This document shows, piece after piece, positions 26,276 through 40,214 of a DNA stretch of 64,000 bases. The DNA comes from Tubulanus polymorphus (lineage: Eukaryota; Animalia; Nemertea): the NCBI RefSeq assembly GCF_964204645.1, contig NC_134035.1, forward strand, positions 4,216,001-4,280,000. Direction: 5' to 3'. The translations under genes were made by a program, and so were the position numbers. Below the pieces are notes generated by a model that saw nothing but the letters and a program-made list of their open reading frames with translations, was not told the DNA's origin and ran no database searches. The first letter of the stretch is position 1, and every line of letters begins with the position of its first letter.

Positions 26276-27170
26276 CTTCACTAATCAACTGCGGGCTCGT
26301 CTTCGATTTTCTCTTCTACTTTCTTAATACCGTTTTATAATTGGAAAGACGACGCAGACATGATTGAATCGATATCAGCAAGAAACGTATACGACCTATT
26401 CAAACATTCGGTTCACGCCCGTTTCGTAAATTGAAATGAAATTAAATGTTTCCACTTTTGGAATTATATGGTTTCGGCTTCGCATGCGTGCGAACGTCGC
26501 AATGGAGGGGTGAACCGTATAGAAATAGCTCGGTCGCAATCGGGCCCGGGCTGAGATAGGGATCAGTGAAAATGAGAGTTTGCGCCGAATAGGTTTAAAA
26601 CCCAGAATCTAATAGATTTTAAAAACGTATTTAAATACTAGAAAAATTGTTTAAAAATAGACGCGATGTTTCGGACTCTTTCTAGAAGCCATCGCGAGGT
26701 GTAAATAAAATAACTAAAACTAGGGGTATTATATACACAGAGTAGAATGAGCTAATTGATTAGATTTCTGATAATCTGATTGTGCCAATTATTTTAGCGG
26801 CCAAAAGCATGCGCGAGGCCCAATAACGTTGGGAAAGAAAACTCTCCAAATGATATACTCGATGAAAGGTTAAAAAAGTCACAATTCGATTGCGAAGTTG
26901 TTTATCAAAATTGCCTAAACCAGTGCCGATCATCGTCGAGTCGTTAGAGACCGATTCTAATGCACCAATCATAATTAACGACATCGCCATAATTCGTTGT
27001 CATCAGGCTGTCGACATCGCTGCCGTGGCGAATCCATCAAGCCGGCATCCGCCCCCGTCACAGCCAGAACCGCCGCCGCGAATATCAACGCGCTTTTAAC
27101 TGTGACGACACACACGCGCGTTACATACTCACACTCACTCACACAGTCACAACGACGTTACGAACATAGA

Positions 27171-27444
27171 TATAAAACCACCGCGCATCCTAAAGTCAAC
27201 CCAGTAATTCGTCACGTGTGTATCAGACACTTTAGAGGTGCGCGCCGCCGCCAGTAAACAAGAACCCGAGAGATAGAGAGAGGACTAATCGCCTTCGCCG
27301 AATCGTCGTCATCGCCATCGCCGAATTAAAGATTTCATCAACGTGCGCGTGACCAGCGAAATCTTAGACTCTGGGAAGAAAAAAAAACGCGTGGATTTCT
27401 GGTCTGCTAAATACGAAAGTTACTCAAGATCGAACACACATCAG
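27171..27444 (+). promoter_or_regulatory. TATA promoter plus non-coding first exon of a plus-strand gene
   Basis: TATAAAA at 27171-27177, Inr-like CCAGT ~31 nt downstream (27201-27205), ATG-free ~240 nt leader, donor CAG|GTAGGG at 27444/27445 followed by T-rich intron-like sequence. Sits in a CpG/GC-rich island. Confidence 0.6.
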
Positions 27445-28415
27445 GTAGGGAAAAACTTTTTGATTTCTTTTTCGCTTATTCGAATGTAGTATCTTTGAAA
27501 TGTGTTCCTTTTTTGTGGAAGGAAAAGTAATTCATTGAGGATTTTATAATTTATTGAGACTTTGAAGTTGAAAAATGAAAAATGTTGAAATGTTGAAATG
27601 AACTTCGAATGTTGTATAAGTTGACGTTATAGGCCTCGTTGATTTACACTCTCGAGTTCGTCAAAATTGCAGTGCGCACAATATTTAAGTCCACACAGCG
27701 AAATAGATGTAATCATGGTTTTGACTTTTTAGAAATTGTTCGCGGCATCCCTGATTCGGTACGGGCCCTAATCCGCTTGCTGGAACCAGTTGAAAGTTCC
27801 ACGTACAAATAAATCCCTAATCTGATTATCAGAATTTTATGAAAGTTTTTTAAGAACAGCGTATGCGATATTTTGACATCGATGCATAATGCAGGTAACT
27901 GACCCTTATATCGCACAGCGCTGTCTAATTAGTTGAACAAAAAGCATAAAAATCCACTTAAAGTAAATTTAAAAAAAAATCTAATAAAGTTTAGAATACG
28001 ACGTTTCTGACTCTCAGGGTCTTGACCAGAGTCCAAATCGTCGTGCGTTTGAGATTTAGATTTTCTATTCTTGATGAGTGAATTTCATGTTCAATCATTA
28101 AACTAAATACGTAGTGGGTTTTAATCTTTCAATCCATTATCCGCATTAGTGTAGGTGGTGGCTTTTTAATCGCCTCAGTGTGTGAAGGCTAGTAATATAC
28201 GTACAATACAACGACTCTTGTCTAAAACTAGCCGAAAGCATCGTCTTAATGATTACTTCAAATATTAATGATAGCAATATTGAATCATTCGGCGAATACT
28301 GTTAATATTGAACGGACACTTTTGTGTCAAAATTGCTTTGACCTATGGCGATGTGACGTCTCAGTCTATATAAAACTGGACTTAGGGCAATTTAGAATTT
28401 GAAGAAATTGTGATT

Positions 28416-28640
28416 CAGGATCCGGTTCCACATTTCTGAGTTAGAGTTAAGAGTTTGAACTCGGGATCCCAGTTCCACGTTAGAGTTATCCAGACCTCAG
28501 GACCCAGTTCCATAGTTGTGAGAGTTAGAACCAGTCATGAATTTAGAGTCAACTCGGAACTCAGGATCCAGCTCCACGCAGTGTTTCGCGTCGTGCGTCT
28601 GAACTCGGGGTCCAGTTTCAAAGGTGTGATTTAGAGTCTT
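28416..28640 (+). repeat. Tandem array of truncated family-A MITE ends
   Basis: Five copies of tcaggatccagttccac-like ends. A similar doublet lies at 24947-25020. Confidence 0.7.
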
Positions 28641-29499
28641 TTCGATAAAACCTACGTACAAAATTTAGAGAAAATAAACAACTTAATACGTAATGAGCAA
28701 AGAAATTGGTTTCAGCTTTAAAAGGTAATTTCTTAAAGCGCATTTCATTACCGCGCAAAATGATATTGATAATAGTAATTTATTGCGCTTTACATGAACA
28801 AAATCTCAAAGCTCTTTTCACAAAAGGTTGAAAATAATCTTATGAAAATTACAAGTTCTACGAACATCGGGCATGAATTCGATGTCGAAGCAAAACGGGT
28901 GAAACTATACGAAATGACCGTTATCTCCTCGCGTTGCGCGGGGGATATGAATTATTCTGACGGTGTCGTTTTTGAGATCGTTACGTCGGCATCTGGACTT
29001 AATCCAGACGCGCAATCGAGCGGATTATCGAACCGGTCAAAAACGCGCGCGATACACCTAATGAAACATTAAAGGATCGCCGATAACGCGACAGGCTATC
29101 AACGCCTGAAATCCAGCCGGATTTCATTTGCGTATACTCGCGGGACGACGGACTGCCGGTTGGACCGTTCGGAGGACTTAGTCAGCGGACACGGCGCTGA
29201 TATTACGATGTATAAATTAACGACCGCTTCTGCTCGGCAACCATTGCCATTCATTTCGTATTACGCAATAGTTTCCCCTGAAACGGTAGATAAGCCGCGA
29301 TCATACGAGCGTTTTTGGCTCGAGCGTTTTTGGTTTTTGGATCCGTCCCAATTTGGCCCGGGCCAAATCGTCTCCGTGTGATCGCGGCTATAGTAGTAAT
29401 ACGCCCCGGAACCTGGGCTATTGTTTAAAATGCTACCAAAATGTTATCGGAAATGAATCTTTGTATTTGCATTTCTGGTTACCACGCTTAGACCTAGCT

Positions 29500-29735
29500 A
29501 GTCATCTTGAGCTAAAAAAAACCGGTTCTTAGCGCTAAATGGGTACCTGGCCTGATGACTCCTGAGCGCCTCCAGCAGCTGCTCGGATGTTACTACTCCC
29601 CAGGGAGAGATGACTGATAAATGGAATAGAGTTATAGGCTGGGGATAATAATACAAAATTTGGAGCGCACTTTTTGAACTTACTAGGACACATGCGCTAT
29701 ATAAATGACAATATCTATTATCATCATTAGTATTA
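29500..29735 (+). mobile_element. Core-type SINE body (Nin/Deu-like) with L2-type tail
   Basis: CTAAATGGGTACCTGG and CTCCCCAGGGAG core motifs, tail gagcgc...gcgctatataaatg followed by an (ATT/ATC)n run. The same tail occurs at 56452-56490. Confidence 0.55.
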
Positions 29736-31121
29736 TCAAAACCTATCTTCTTCTTCAAACAATAACTTCGCCCAGTCCTGTAGTGTGGCTGTCTCCACAG
29801 TGATCTTCGTCGCTCTATCCGATCCGAGTACACCTGTGGTGCATCAGAAGAATCACTAAGGTTCTTGGTGGAACAATAACCTGGTCAAACCTTGTGCTAA
29901 TCTCGGTAAGCGGCTATTAAACCTGAGTAATCTATCCCCCTAAATCACTAAATTTGGCCATATTGATATAATGAATTGCCACCATATTTTGTATAACACG
30001 TAACATGAAAGTTGCAAGATCGATGTCTATAGTTCGAAAGGTATTGCAGAAATCTTAATAGAGGACGCGTGACATTTTAGAACCCGTGGTAAATATTCAG
30101 GAAGGTGAACGCATGATGCCGGATGTTGGCTATATTGTTTTATCAGTAAAAAACGAACCCGAATTCCGTATTCCGCGCGTTTGTCGCATCGAGTACAAAG
30201 ACACACAGCGGCTTCTCTAATGTATTCGCTTCCTTCTTAACGCTCCGAATAGCTCGACATCAACGAGGTTTAAACTCGACATTTTCAATTTGAAATAGAT
30301 ATTTCATTCGCATAATACTCTCGCGGGCGCGAGGAATCGGGGAAATGGGAGAGGCGCGCGCGTCGCGGAGAAATTCTTAATACTTGAGACGGAAAGAATA
30401 CGATATAGTTTCGCGGATTGAGAAACCGTGGAACTGACGTCGTCGGAACGTTTCGAATTATTCCTCGAGGGAAAGTTAGCGGCGCAATCGTTAAATTAGC
30501 GATTAGCGAAGCGTGATGGAAAATCCGAAGGCGTGAATGAGCGAGGAATTAAAAAAGAAGATGTTTATTACAGAAAGATGCGTTGTTCAGTTCGAGTTGG
30601 GCCGCGTAACTACAGTCGAATAACGATCACGCATATTCCCGGGTCAGATTGAATTTCGAGATTATATTATTCGCGAATTCGAGCGGTCGGGTGTGATTTA
30701 AATATTGATAACCGCGGTGACGTGAGGAAGAGCCCCCAGTTTGTCGCGATTCCTGCTGAATATTTGATAGGTTTCCGAACGGTCTATCGTTCATACTATG
30801 GTCAGGTAGGCGTAGGGTCAATAGGAAGCGTGTGGAGAAATTATGAATTATGAAAATCGCCCGACTTCGGCACTTCCTTACGTCAAATCGTGATAATCAT
30901 AACGATGATTGTAGTAATCAAAATAATTCATTATTATAGCCTTAAGCGCCTCTCGACTTGTATATAGATAATATGAAAAATACTTCGTTGAAACTGTTTA
31001 AAACGAAATGTTTGTTGATGAATTTTTGGTTTGATTGTTATTGGTAACTTTGAGTTTTCAACGAGGAAGACTATTCGCACATAACCGTTTATGGGTTAAA
31101 CTTGTTCGCGTTATAAACTAC

Positions 31122-31254
31122 AGGGGCTGCAGTTGCTCCAAGGTAATTAAAGATAACTGGCAAATAAATACCATAGTATCAATGAACCTTTCATTGTCAA
31201 TATACGTCAACTATCCACTGGTTAAGTCTAACCAACTTTTCAGCAACTGGCCCC
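31122..31254. mobile_element. MITE family C
   Basis: ggggctgcagttgct...agcaactggcccc. Second copy at 42903-43021. Confidence 0.7.
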
Positions 31255-34200
31255 ATTTATTCAACATATTGTTATATTCAACTTATTCATATTTGACTGT
31301 TTGGTGTAACATGGCTGCGTCATATTATACTGTTGCAGTGTTCGCTGCACGGTTCCGAAATCCTTGAGCTATAAATATTCGGTTTTATCGAAACTTTAAG
31401 TACAGTTAATGCATCTGGCACATTTTGATGTACGGTTATATTCGAATTGAAATACTCGGAAGACACGCATTATTTTGATCAAAACATTTTATCAAGTCGC
31501 GTGTCGAATCATTTCGTCGATCGTGCAGGTGACTGTGATTCGACGTCGAATATTTACGGGTCGTTGTATACGACTCGTAGTTAGTTACCTGGCGCATAAT
31601 GCGCACTACGCGCCACTCAAGGGCGACGTTTCCTTCAAACGCGATTATCTACAATTTAAAGTGGAATATACTAGCGATGCGTTAGTACCGGATAATCCGG
31701 ATGTCGCGCACGCGATACGGTTATATTCAGTTCGGCCTTTCATCGTTAATCAACTTATTAATCTGTCACCGAGTCTTGTGATGAGCATCACCGCAGCCAC
31801 GGCGCTGCGTCGACAGAATCCGAGAGGCGCTCGCTCACCTCCGCGCTCTCTCATCAAACGACTCGACGCGGCGTGGACATGCGCGCGGATGTAAAGTACC
31901 CGAACGCCGGTCCTTACTACGCAACGAACAGAAAACGATGTTAATAACGCAACCCTGGTGGATTAGTTCTCTCTCGAAGATGAGGCCAATCAGCAACGCG
32001 AATGAGACGTGAATCATTTGGGCGAAGGTTATTACGCAATTTCTTTTGCGGGATACGAAGGGACTCGGCGACCGACTTGAAACTGTCACTGGCACCTCGA
32101 CCGTCCTCTGGCTGTCGACCCATCTAGCGAGCCGACACTGTAACCGACCTCTAAATGTCGACCTGTCTGGCAAACCGACACGACTACTGACATCGACACC
32201 GAGATCATCCAGTGACTGTCGACTTGTCTTGCAAACCAACACAACACCACGACTGGCCTACGATTGGTGCCGACACAACGGCTGTCCTGTGACTGTCGAC
32301 CTGTCTTGCAAACCGTCGCCGTGATCGACCATCGTTACCTCCATCGGCCACTTAGCGTCCCTTGCCTCAATTCTTTGACCAATTTATCTCCGTTAGTTGG
32401 GGTATTCATCCGTCACCCGTTATTACCCACTAGCGCCATAAACATACCTATATACACACTGAGAATAGGTTTACGCCTCATGAGGCAAAGTTATCAGCCA
32501 GATTCTGTGAAGTAACGTATGTTGATAATTCACATACGACCTTGCACAAAGTAGATAGAATTAGGTTTACTAGGAATATGTTCATCATCCTGATCATAAT
32601 AACGGAGTATATAATATGCTGTATGCTACATTGCTTTTATTGCGAAGAAAATTTCCGTATGATAATTCTGGAACTAGATGTTAGCTTCCTTATTTCGGCG
32701 AGATCATTCTGTTAGAAATAACGTATCTAGGCGAATTTGTGCGATGAAATAAGATTGCAAAAAACGAATGTCCACACGATTGCTTCGGAGAGAAATGTAT
32801 TTAAAAATACTTATTCAGCCAATGAAATGGCAGTATGTATATAGATTTACGATTGATTGTGAATGGATTGTGAATTGATCGTGGATTGTTGTACGGACGG
32901 ATAAAGGGCGTGTGAGTTACGCTGATTATTAACGTGTTCTAATATCTGATATGTTTAGATCGATACGTCAAGACGTATACGGGCTATTGTTGTCCTCCGT
33001 GGTTATAACTACAACCCCCCCCCCCCCGCCTACCCCGATAAGTGATCTTCCTTTTATATATCAGTCGTTAATATCAACGTATAAGGTTGTCGACTATGAC
33101 ACCGATGTACAATGCGTGAGGGAAATCAAGAAATGAAATATCGGCGAGGGCTATAGGTTTGATGGCACCGAATGTAAAAGCGCCGACAGCGGCTACAGAC
33201 CATTCTCGTGAGGGGCTAATTTGATGCTGATCATAGGACTACTTTCGAGAGTCTTGTAACACATTCAAGACCATTTCCGATCGGTAAAAAGGAATATTTT
33301 GGAGATGTTTTCCTTAAATCTTAAAATTGGGATTCACCCTGTTACGTATTTGATCGGTATAGATTTCGTTTGATTTGTTTTTTGATTCGTTTCCCCTTTA
33401 CAACCCACCAACCACACCTGCCGGGAGCGAACAGGGGGTTTGATTTTGAAATCGGAAATCGAAGTACTGATATAGTTGTTTGATCGACGATCGATTTCAC
33501 AGAATTCAGGCGTCGCGTTTGAAAATTCGCGGACGTGTAAGATGTACTTTACAGCATTTTCGAGCAAAGAAAAAACGTGGCCTTAACCTATCGATAGAGA
33601 AGTTTATGAGATTCCTTATAACGAGGCAGTAGAAACTTAAGAGTTCATTCGGAAAAAGGTTACTCAAAACAACATTCGAGACCTCCTGGATCTGCGCCTG
33701 GTACTAGAACCTTTATGTATACAAAGTCGTATATTTTAGCCTCGCGAACGAACACTGATTTCGTTCTTAATTTCTAGTCGGCATGATGGTCTGCATATTC
33801 GCTCGGGTTACGTGCGGAAAACAGAATCCGCATACACGGATGATTTGTCTTTTCGCAATAATTATGACGATTGTGAATCCACTCTCCCACGTTTTAAATC
33901 ACGATTTTGATTAATCGACCAGCGCAACTCGCTACGTCACAATCAGTTCGAGCGTCGAGGTTTCACGGTATACGTTGTCCGTTTTGCGGCTGCGGCTAAA
34001 ACCGTCATTAACACCGGCAGCCATTGTGCTAACTATTTCCAGCGCAAACAAAGCGACAGAGAGTAGATGAGAGGGAAGAGCTCTCGATCCGCTGTCACGA
34101 AACAAAACGACACCGGTTATCAATCATATCAATTTGGCCCCGGCCGCATCTTCCCGCTAAACAATGCCGCATTATATCTACCGGTTGATCGAACTCGGCA

Positions 34201-34789
34201 GCGGCAGCAGCGGCGGCGGAAAAAAAAAACGAAACCCGGCCACCGTATCATTCGCTCACAACGCGCAGATAAAGACCCGCGCGTTCCATTATAAACTAAA
34301 CATTAATAGTCATTTATTTAAATTTTAACAATAACGTTAAATCCGACGCCGAACGAAGCGAAGTAAATGAGGCGCAAATACAGAAACGACGCCGGCGTTC
34401 GGCGAAACGAAGCTCGTTTAGAGTCGTTTGTGTAAATAAACCATTCTCTATATTTATAACGCGGTATTTATCGAATCAATGCATTATGGCGCTGGGTATT
34501 GTATTTTAATGAAATCGAAATCATCATCGACACTCTTACGAGGGTATGACGGACGCCTGTTGCAAACTTCGGTCTCATCGCTGCGATGTATTCGACTGTT
34601 TGCGACGCGTGTGAAATCGTGCGTCGGTTAGTCGGAACTGAAGTCCGGAAATAATCGGATTGAGCGCGGTCGTTGTAGTTCGGACTTACAGTTTTAAGTT
34701 GGCCGACAATGTGAAATGCGTTACGACCGAACTATGTAGCGCGTTCACGGTTATCAGCTCCGACCATTAAAAATATGAAATATAAGAAT

Positions 34790-34970
34790 TATGAAATATT
34801 TTTAATTACAAAATAAACGCTAAAATTTACGATCGTAGTTGTTATTTCGAAGCGCCATTATCGATGACGTAGTTCACATCGACTTACGCGGAACCCCTTG
34901 AATAACGAATAGGTATATTGTATCGATGTAAACATTATTGTTTTTACGGTTTTTACGGCGTCAGAAAACC
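34790..34970. repeat. Interspersed repeat with an inverted copy at 50995-51160
   Basis: Shared ttacggtttttacggcgtca, catcgactta and attacaaaataaacgc blocks in reverse-complement order. Confidence 0.65.
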
Positions 34971-35619
34971 AAAAAGGCTGTAGAGGGGTAACCAGAAGTA
35001 TAAGGTATCAATTCTGTATTTTCCTACCGTTCGGTGCGTTCGTCGCGCACGTAACGCGTGTTGACGTGGCGAATCGGGCTTCGTAATTTCATCAAAGAAA
35101 CCCATCTCGCCACCGGAGCACAATATGAAACAACTTCATTTCATGGTGCAGCGCGTCGCCGCCAATCGGTGCGCTCCCGCGGTGAAAGGAAAACAAAATC
35201 ACAACTCTCGCCGAGACGTATAGTGTGTGTGCGTTTAACCTAACTCAATGAAAGGGATGAAAGGTAAATGTAGTTATTTATCGCGATAGCTTTACCGAAT
35301 CGCCCCCGAATTGAATCATTTTCGCGCGGAAGTTAATAACGCCCGCTTTCCGCGAAATACGCGTCACCGCGGATCTCTCGATCCCGACGCCGCCGTTGGC
35401 CATAGACCTCGTTAGACGTCGTTTGACGTTATGTTCTTTGATTTGAAAAAACAACACACACACGGAATTAATCGTTGCGTTTCCGAAAATGTCCGCCCCG
35501 AAATAATAGAAACTTTTCTGTTCTTGAAAAAATGAAAATGTCGCTTGGAAGTTCGAGCGATTAAAGGTCACAATGATAAAAACCCAACATTCAACAGTTC
35601 AGAATAGTTAATTCATCAT

Positions 35620-35871
35620 AGTAATGATAATGATAATAATAATAATGATGATAATAATAATCCTAATCTATTATCTTAGAAAACTAATTGAATTCATTCA
35701 CGGCGCTCTACGAAGTATCGAAACATGAGAATCATGATATTCATAAGATACGATAATACAATCATTGAGAAATTAGTTGGGTATAAAAAGAGAATCACGC
35801 CTCAAAATGTTCTTGTAAAGAGGTCGGTTTTAAAATAACGCTCAAAAGCATCAATGGACGGGCTTTCCCTC
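35620..35871 (-). mobile_element. L2-type LINE 3' end
   Basis: Minus-strand RESPSIDAFERYFKTDLFTRTF* resembles the L2 ORF2 C-terminus (S...FK..LKT.LF...F), followed by a 3' UTR and an (ATT)n tail. Confidence 0.65.
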
Positions 35872-36028
35872 TGACAGTTTCATTTTGATTGAATTATTCG
35901 GTAAATGTATAGCAATGGTTTAGTATTTGTAAACGAGGTGGTACTGGTGAGTACAGACACCATTGTTCGGCGATCATTCCACGTATTCTATTACGTATTA
36001 TAAAAATCTCACATATCAGAATCATATC

Positions 36029-36135
36029 TTAACATTTGTGATGAAATGCCTCATTAAAAAGGAAGCATTTTAATTGCTTCTTAAGTTGGTCGACGGAGGC
36101 GATGGCCCGAAGGCTAGCGGGAAGTACGGGGTATT
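36029..36135 (-). mobile_element. L2-type LINE ORF2 C-terminal fragment
   Basis: LPASLRAIASVDQLKKQLKCFLFNEAF. Confidence 0.65.
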
Positions 36136-36679
36136 CTGGACAACGCTTTAAGTCGTTTCTAGTGTTTGCAGATGGTAACAATAATGCACCGTATACTTTC
36201 GTAATTCTCAGATAAGCGCCGTTCGTTAATATAAGAATATTGTCAGTCGCTCCATTGCCACATCGTTCACCAATGACAGTATATACTAAACAATGTAGCA
36301 GCAATATCGTCGTTTACACAATACAATAACACCTTTCTAACTGTTACTAGTTACCGGGGCAGATATTATCAGTTTTATTGTCTCTACGCGTTCCCGCTAA
36401 TATCGCAATAAGCGCTCTCGACCGTACACGCGACGGTTCGCCGCCGAGTCGAGAGCGAAATCTCGTTTATTTTCGCGATGGTCGAACAAAAATACGAAGC
36501 TCACAGTTCCGCAATTGTGAGTTGATATTTGACTCGGGTTTTCTCATTAGAAATGAATTCATCTTTACACCGAGTTAAATAATTACTCATTCTTATTACG
36601 TATTACTTTCTGGATTATTTCTTGATCTTTTGGTATCTGTAAATGCTTTTGTTCGAAGGACAAATGTTAGCAATACATT

Positions 36680-36770
36680 TGACAATAACGATAATAGTAA
36701 TGATGATAATAATAGTAACATTAACAGTAACAGTAACAATAGTTACAGTAACAATTACAGTTATGATAAT
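36680..36770. repeat. Degenerate (AATAAC/AGTAAC)n microsatellite
   Basis: Direct reading. Confidence 0.7.
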
Positions 36771-39700
36771 CTATTTCGTCGGTAAATTACAATATGTCGT
36801 TAAGAGATATCCAAGCCCCTTAATTCATAAGATGTCGACAGTATTAAGTTATTCTATAGAATATTACTTAACATTGTATATCAACGCGCGCATTATGATA
36901 TACGCTTGATTTTCAAGAGGTCAATATAAACTTTCAAAATGGTCAGTCATCGCGTTCGAAACTTTCGCCCACTCGTGCGACAAGCGAAACTTTCTCAAAA
37001 AATCGTCTGTACATATATACACGCCATCCTCTAGAACACGATGGGAAACGATATCGGACGATTATTTGACGGGTTCCCGCGTATCGTATGACGCGTCGAC
37101 ATTCGCGACATTAGTTTTGCTTGAACGCGGAATTCAGCCGTTGCGCGGCGAGAACGGAAATAAAACTCTAAGTCTTACCTGGCGTATCGTATGACGGATA
37201 TAGAGATGTCATTTTTGCGTAAATTTGCATTTTAAACGCGGCCGGGTCTGTTACTCGAATTACTTGGTTCTTATCGCGAATCTCGCATTCGGATATAATG
37301 ATATATTCCAAGCAAGTGCGGTAAAATTATAAGGGTATAAATTAGGCAGTTTTTTGATAAGTTAGATTACGGATCCGCCGACGAGCATTTCCGATCTCTA
37401 AGTTTAGAAAAAATTATTCATATAGGGTGACCCCTCAATTTCAAAGCATAATTATGGAGATGAAAATAAACATTTATGATTTTTTCTACTGCCACACGTC
37501 ATCTTTAGATATCACACACAAAACCAAATCGCAGAGCGACAGTGTTGTTCTATTGGATCAAATCCGTAATCCGAAAATGAAAAATGGCATTGTTTGATTT
37601 TGACTTCCAACAAAAAGTTACCAAGGAACATTAAAAAAACTTGAAATTCAGAGTGTCCTGGTGCAACCTGGGGCTTGTTTACCTAGTATCGTGGCCTTCA
37701 GGGATTAAGGAGGCGGCCAGATCCGTTATCCTTTATTTTTCCTAATGTTCCCGATGATAACCGATGATAGCCGAACGAGTTTAAGGCAGCGCGGCGCGTT
37801 ATTACTCGTGACATGCAACAGATTATGAACGCGTCACGTAGCGCAGTTCGAGCCGTCATCTTTAACCGCACTATATACTATCCCCATTGACGACGCCGTA
37901 TTTCACGAGGCGGACTAGTCCAGACGTCAGCGGACGACGCGACGCGCTCGTGAATAACGACTCGAACGGGTTTTAATCCTCGGGTGGTGATTAATTCAAA
38001 CGACGGGACGAATTGATATGCTTTTAATTCCTAAAATTCATCTTAATCAGATCGATCCCCGAGAAACGCGGCCGACTCTATACGCGAAGAACTCGCTTCG
38101 TCAATCAACAACCGTAAAGCTACAGCAGCCTCGCTAATCCGACTTTACAAACTTCAGAAAAAAACGCTTTGATGCGATAACGAATGAATAAAAATCTTAA
38201 CTCTTTCGTTTTGAAATATTTAGACCGTACGAAATAAATGTTGAAAGTGAATGGGCGTGACGACTACCAGTTTGTACTACATGTCAAACTAATTTGTCAA
38301 CAATACTAGGCGTACATCGAACAGTATTTATTGCACCCTAAAAACTCTTAGCCTGTGGTATCTATCAATCGCAAAAATTGTTTTATTTCTATTATGAAAT
38401 CATGCGTCGCGGTTCATTCCCCATTCCCATGATTTCCCAGCGTCGAACGTTATTGGTATCTACGTCGACCTGACATCTCGCAGTATTTCCTACTCGCGAC
38501 GAAGCTCCGCAGTGGAATAAGAGAAAAAAAAACTCGCGGAAGCGATTCCCGACAAGTGTTTCTCTCTACCGTCCAACCGGGGTTAAAAAAAAACCTGCGA
38601 GCGGCGTTATCTTACCGCCCGGCCCGATATCGTTCGGGGGGGAACTTTTTACGTCGACGAAGCCGACGACGTCGATGACATATCGACTCGTCGTCGTCGA
38701 CAAGTTAGAGCCGATATCTCGGGATTATACCAACACTGATCTATCGCTGTTCGCTATATACGCAGCAATTAATCTGCAGGAAAACGTGCGCGAACGCGGT
38801 GATCTTGCCGCCCCGCTCTCTCGGCTTCCTCTACATCGACCTGACACCGGATTTTTTTTAGCGCGGCGATGCGACGGCGTCGAACGACGGAGTTTATCGT
38901 TGATCGAAGGGGACCGCTATAATATGACGTATATAGGAAGTCAATAAGACACAAGACTTCGTCGTCGTATAGAAGATATAATCATTGCCCGGGTGTTAGT
39001 TTGATATAGATATCGGGTAATCGTGTTTGAACCTGCCGGTAATCATACATATATCAAATGAGGCTTGTTCGATATCTAGTGTGAATCTAGGATTCTCGCC
39101 CCCCCCCCTTTCGCCCCACATCCCTCCCCTATCCCTACATCTGGCTATTTCACAACCAGTAACCACAGAACTTTAGTACTATTGAACTGCAATGTGAAAA
39201 AACAGGGTTATTCGAAAAAATTTTCGAAAATGAAGTTTTCACCGTTACTCATCGCCGAAGATCTTTTCTGTGTGAGGGATGATTACCTCACTTTGAGTGC
39301 AGCCTCGTTAGGTTGGAGCCTCGGAGAAGTTTACACCAGAAGAACATGAGCTCACTAAGTGTCTGCTCAGCTTCTTAGACATTGAAATTGATGTATTCCG
39401 AAGTTTTGAGATGATGCCCACCTACCGATATGCTGAGGTACTGGTTAGGTGCGAACTTATATACCGTAATCATGTATAGGTGAATTTGTTTTTACCTAGC
39501 GAGCGAGTTACCTACCCGTCCAGTTGCTATGCTTCTGTACAGATTGCCTAAATCTACTGTAAGAGTCACTGATTTCATCGTTGATGTCGTGAAATAAAGA
39601 TTTTAGCAAAATGCTCGTCGCTTGCGTCGCGGTCGTGACTTCTGTTAATGGGAATTAAAAATGCGTTTCGTCGATTTCCACGACCACGGCTGTAGATACT

Positions 39701-40175
39701 GATATTTCACCGTAAGGCTTCTCCATAATTCTGTCAGAGGAAATGTCTGCGTGAAATTGTTCGGAATTATCGCGAATACTTTGGTTGAAAACTATCGGGC
39801 AAATAGGATTTTATATAGAAATGAAATAATTCTTAAGAATATTCGTTCATCATTTTTTAATGTTCTTAGAATTTTGATTAAATCGGCGATCTTATTTCTC
39901 AGAATAACCCGATATTCAAGTTGTTGAATTCGATAGAAAAATCTTTCACAAAACCTACATTAGCCTTAAAACGGATTAGCGTTCGTGTGGGCGTTCGAAT
40001 CAATGTATGATGCCAATTGATTAAAAGAAAAAAAATGTAGGAATTTTGTAGGAGCTTTTTGTAGGAAGGAAAATGTGGAGATGTAGGAAAAGTGTGGAAA
40101 TATATAGAGAATCTCAAACTGATGATATAACGAGAAAGATGGGTCCGAAAAGTGTCCTCGAAGCTGATGATTAAT

Positions 40176-40214
40176 GATTCGACGTTTCGACTATGGCCTA
40201 AAAGTCATCTTCAG
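40176..40214 (-). ncRNA. Hammerhead ribozyme motif (Penelope-like fragment)
   Basis: Minus strand CTGAAGA-T-GACT-tttaggccat-AGTC-GAAA-CGTC-GAATC. Stem I is disrupted on the 5' side. Confidence 0.6.

Noticed and set aside
37174-37230. Minus-strand donor CAG|GTAAGA with short ORF MQIYAKMTSLYPSYDTP
   Set aside because: Isolated site without an acceptor, promoter or partner exon.
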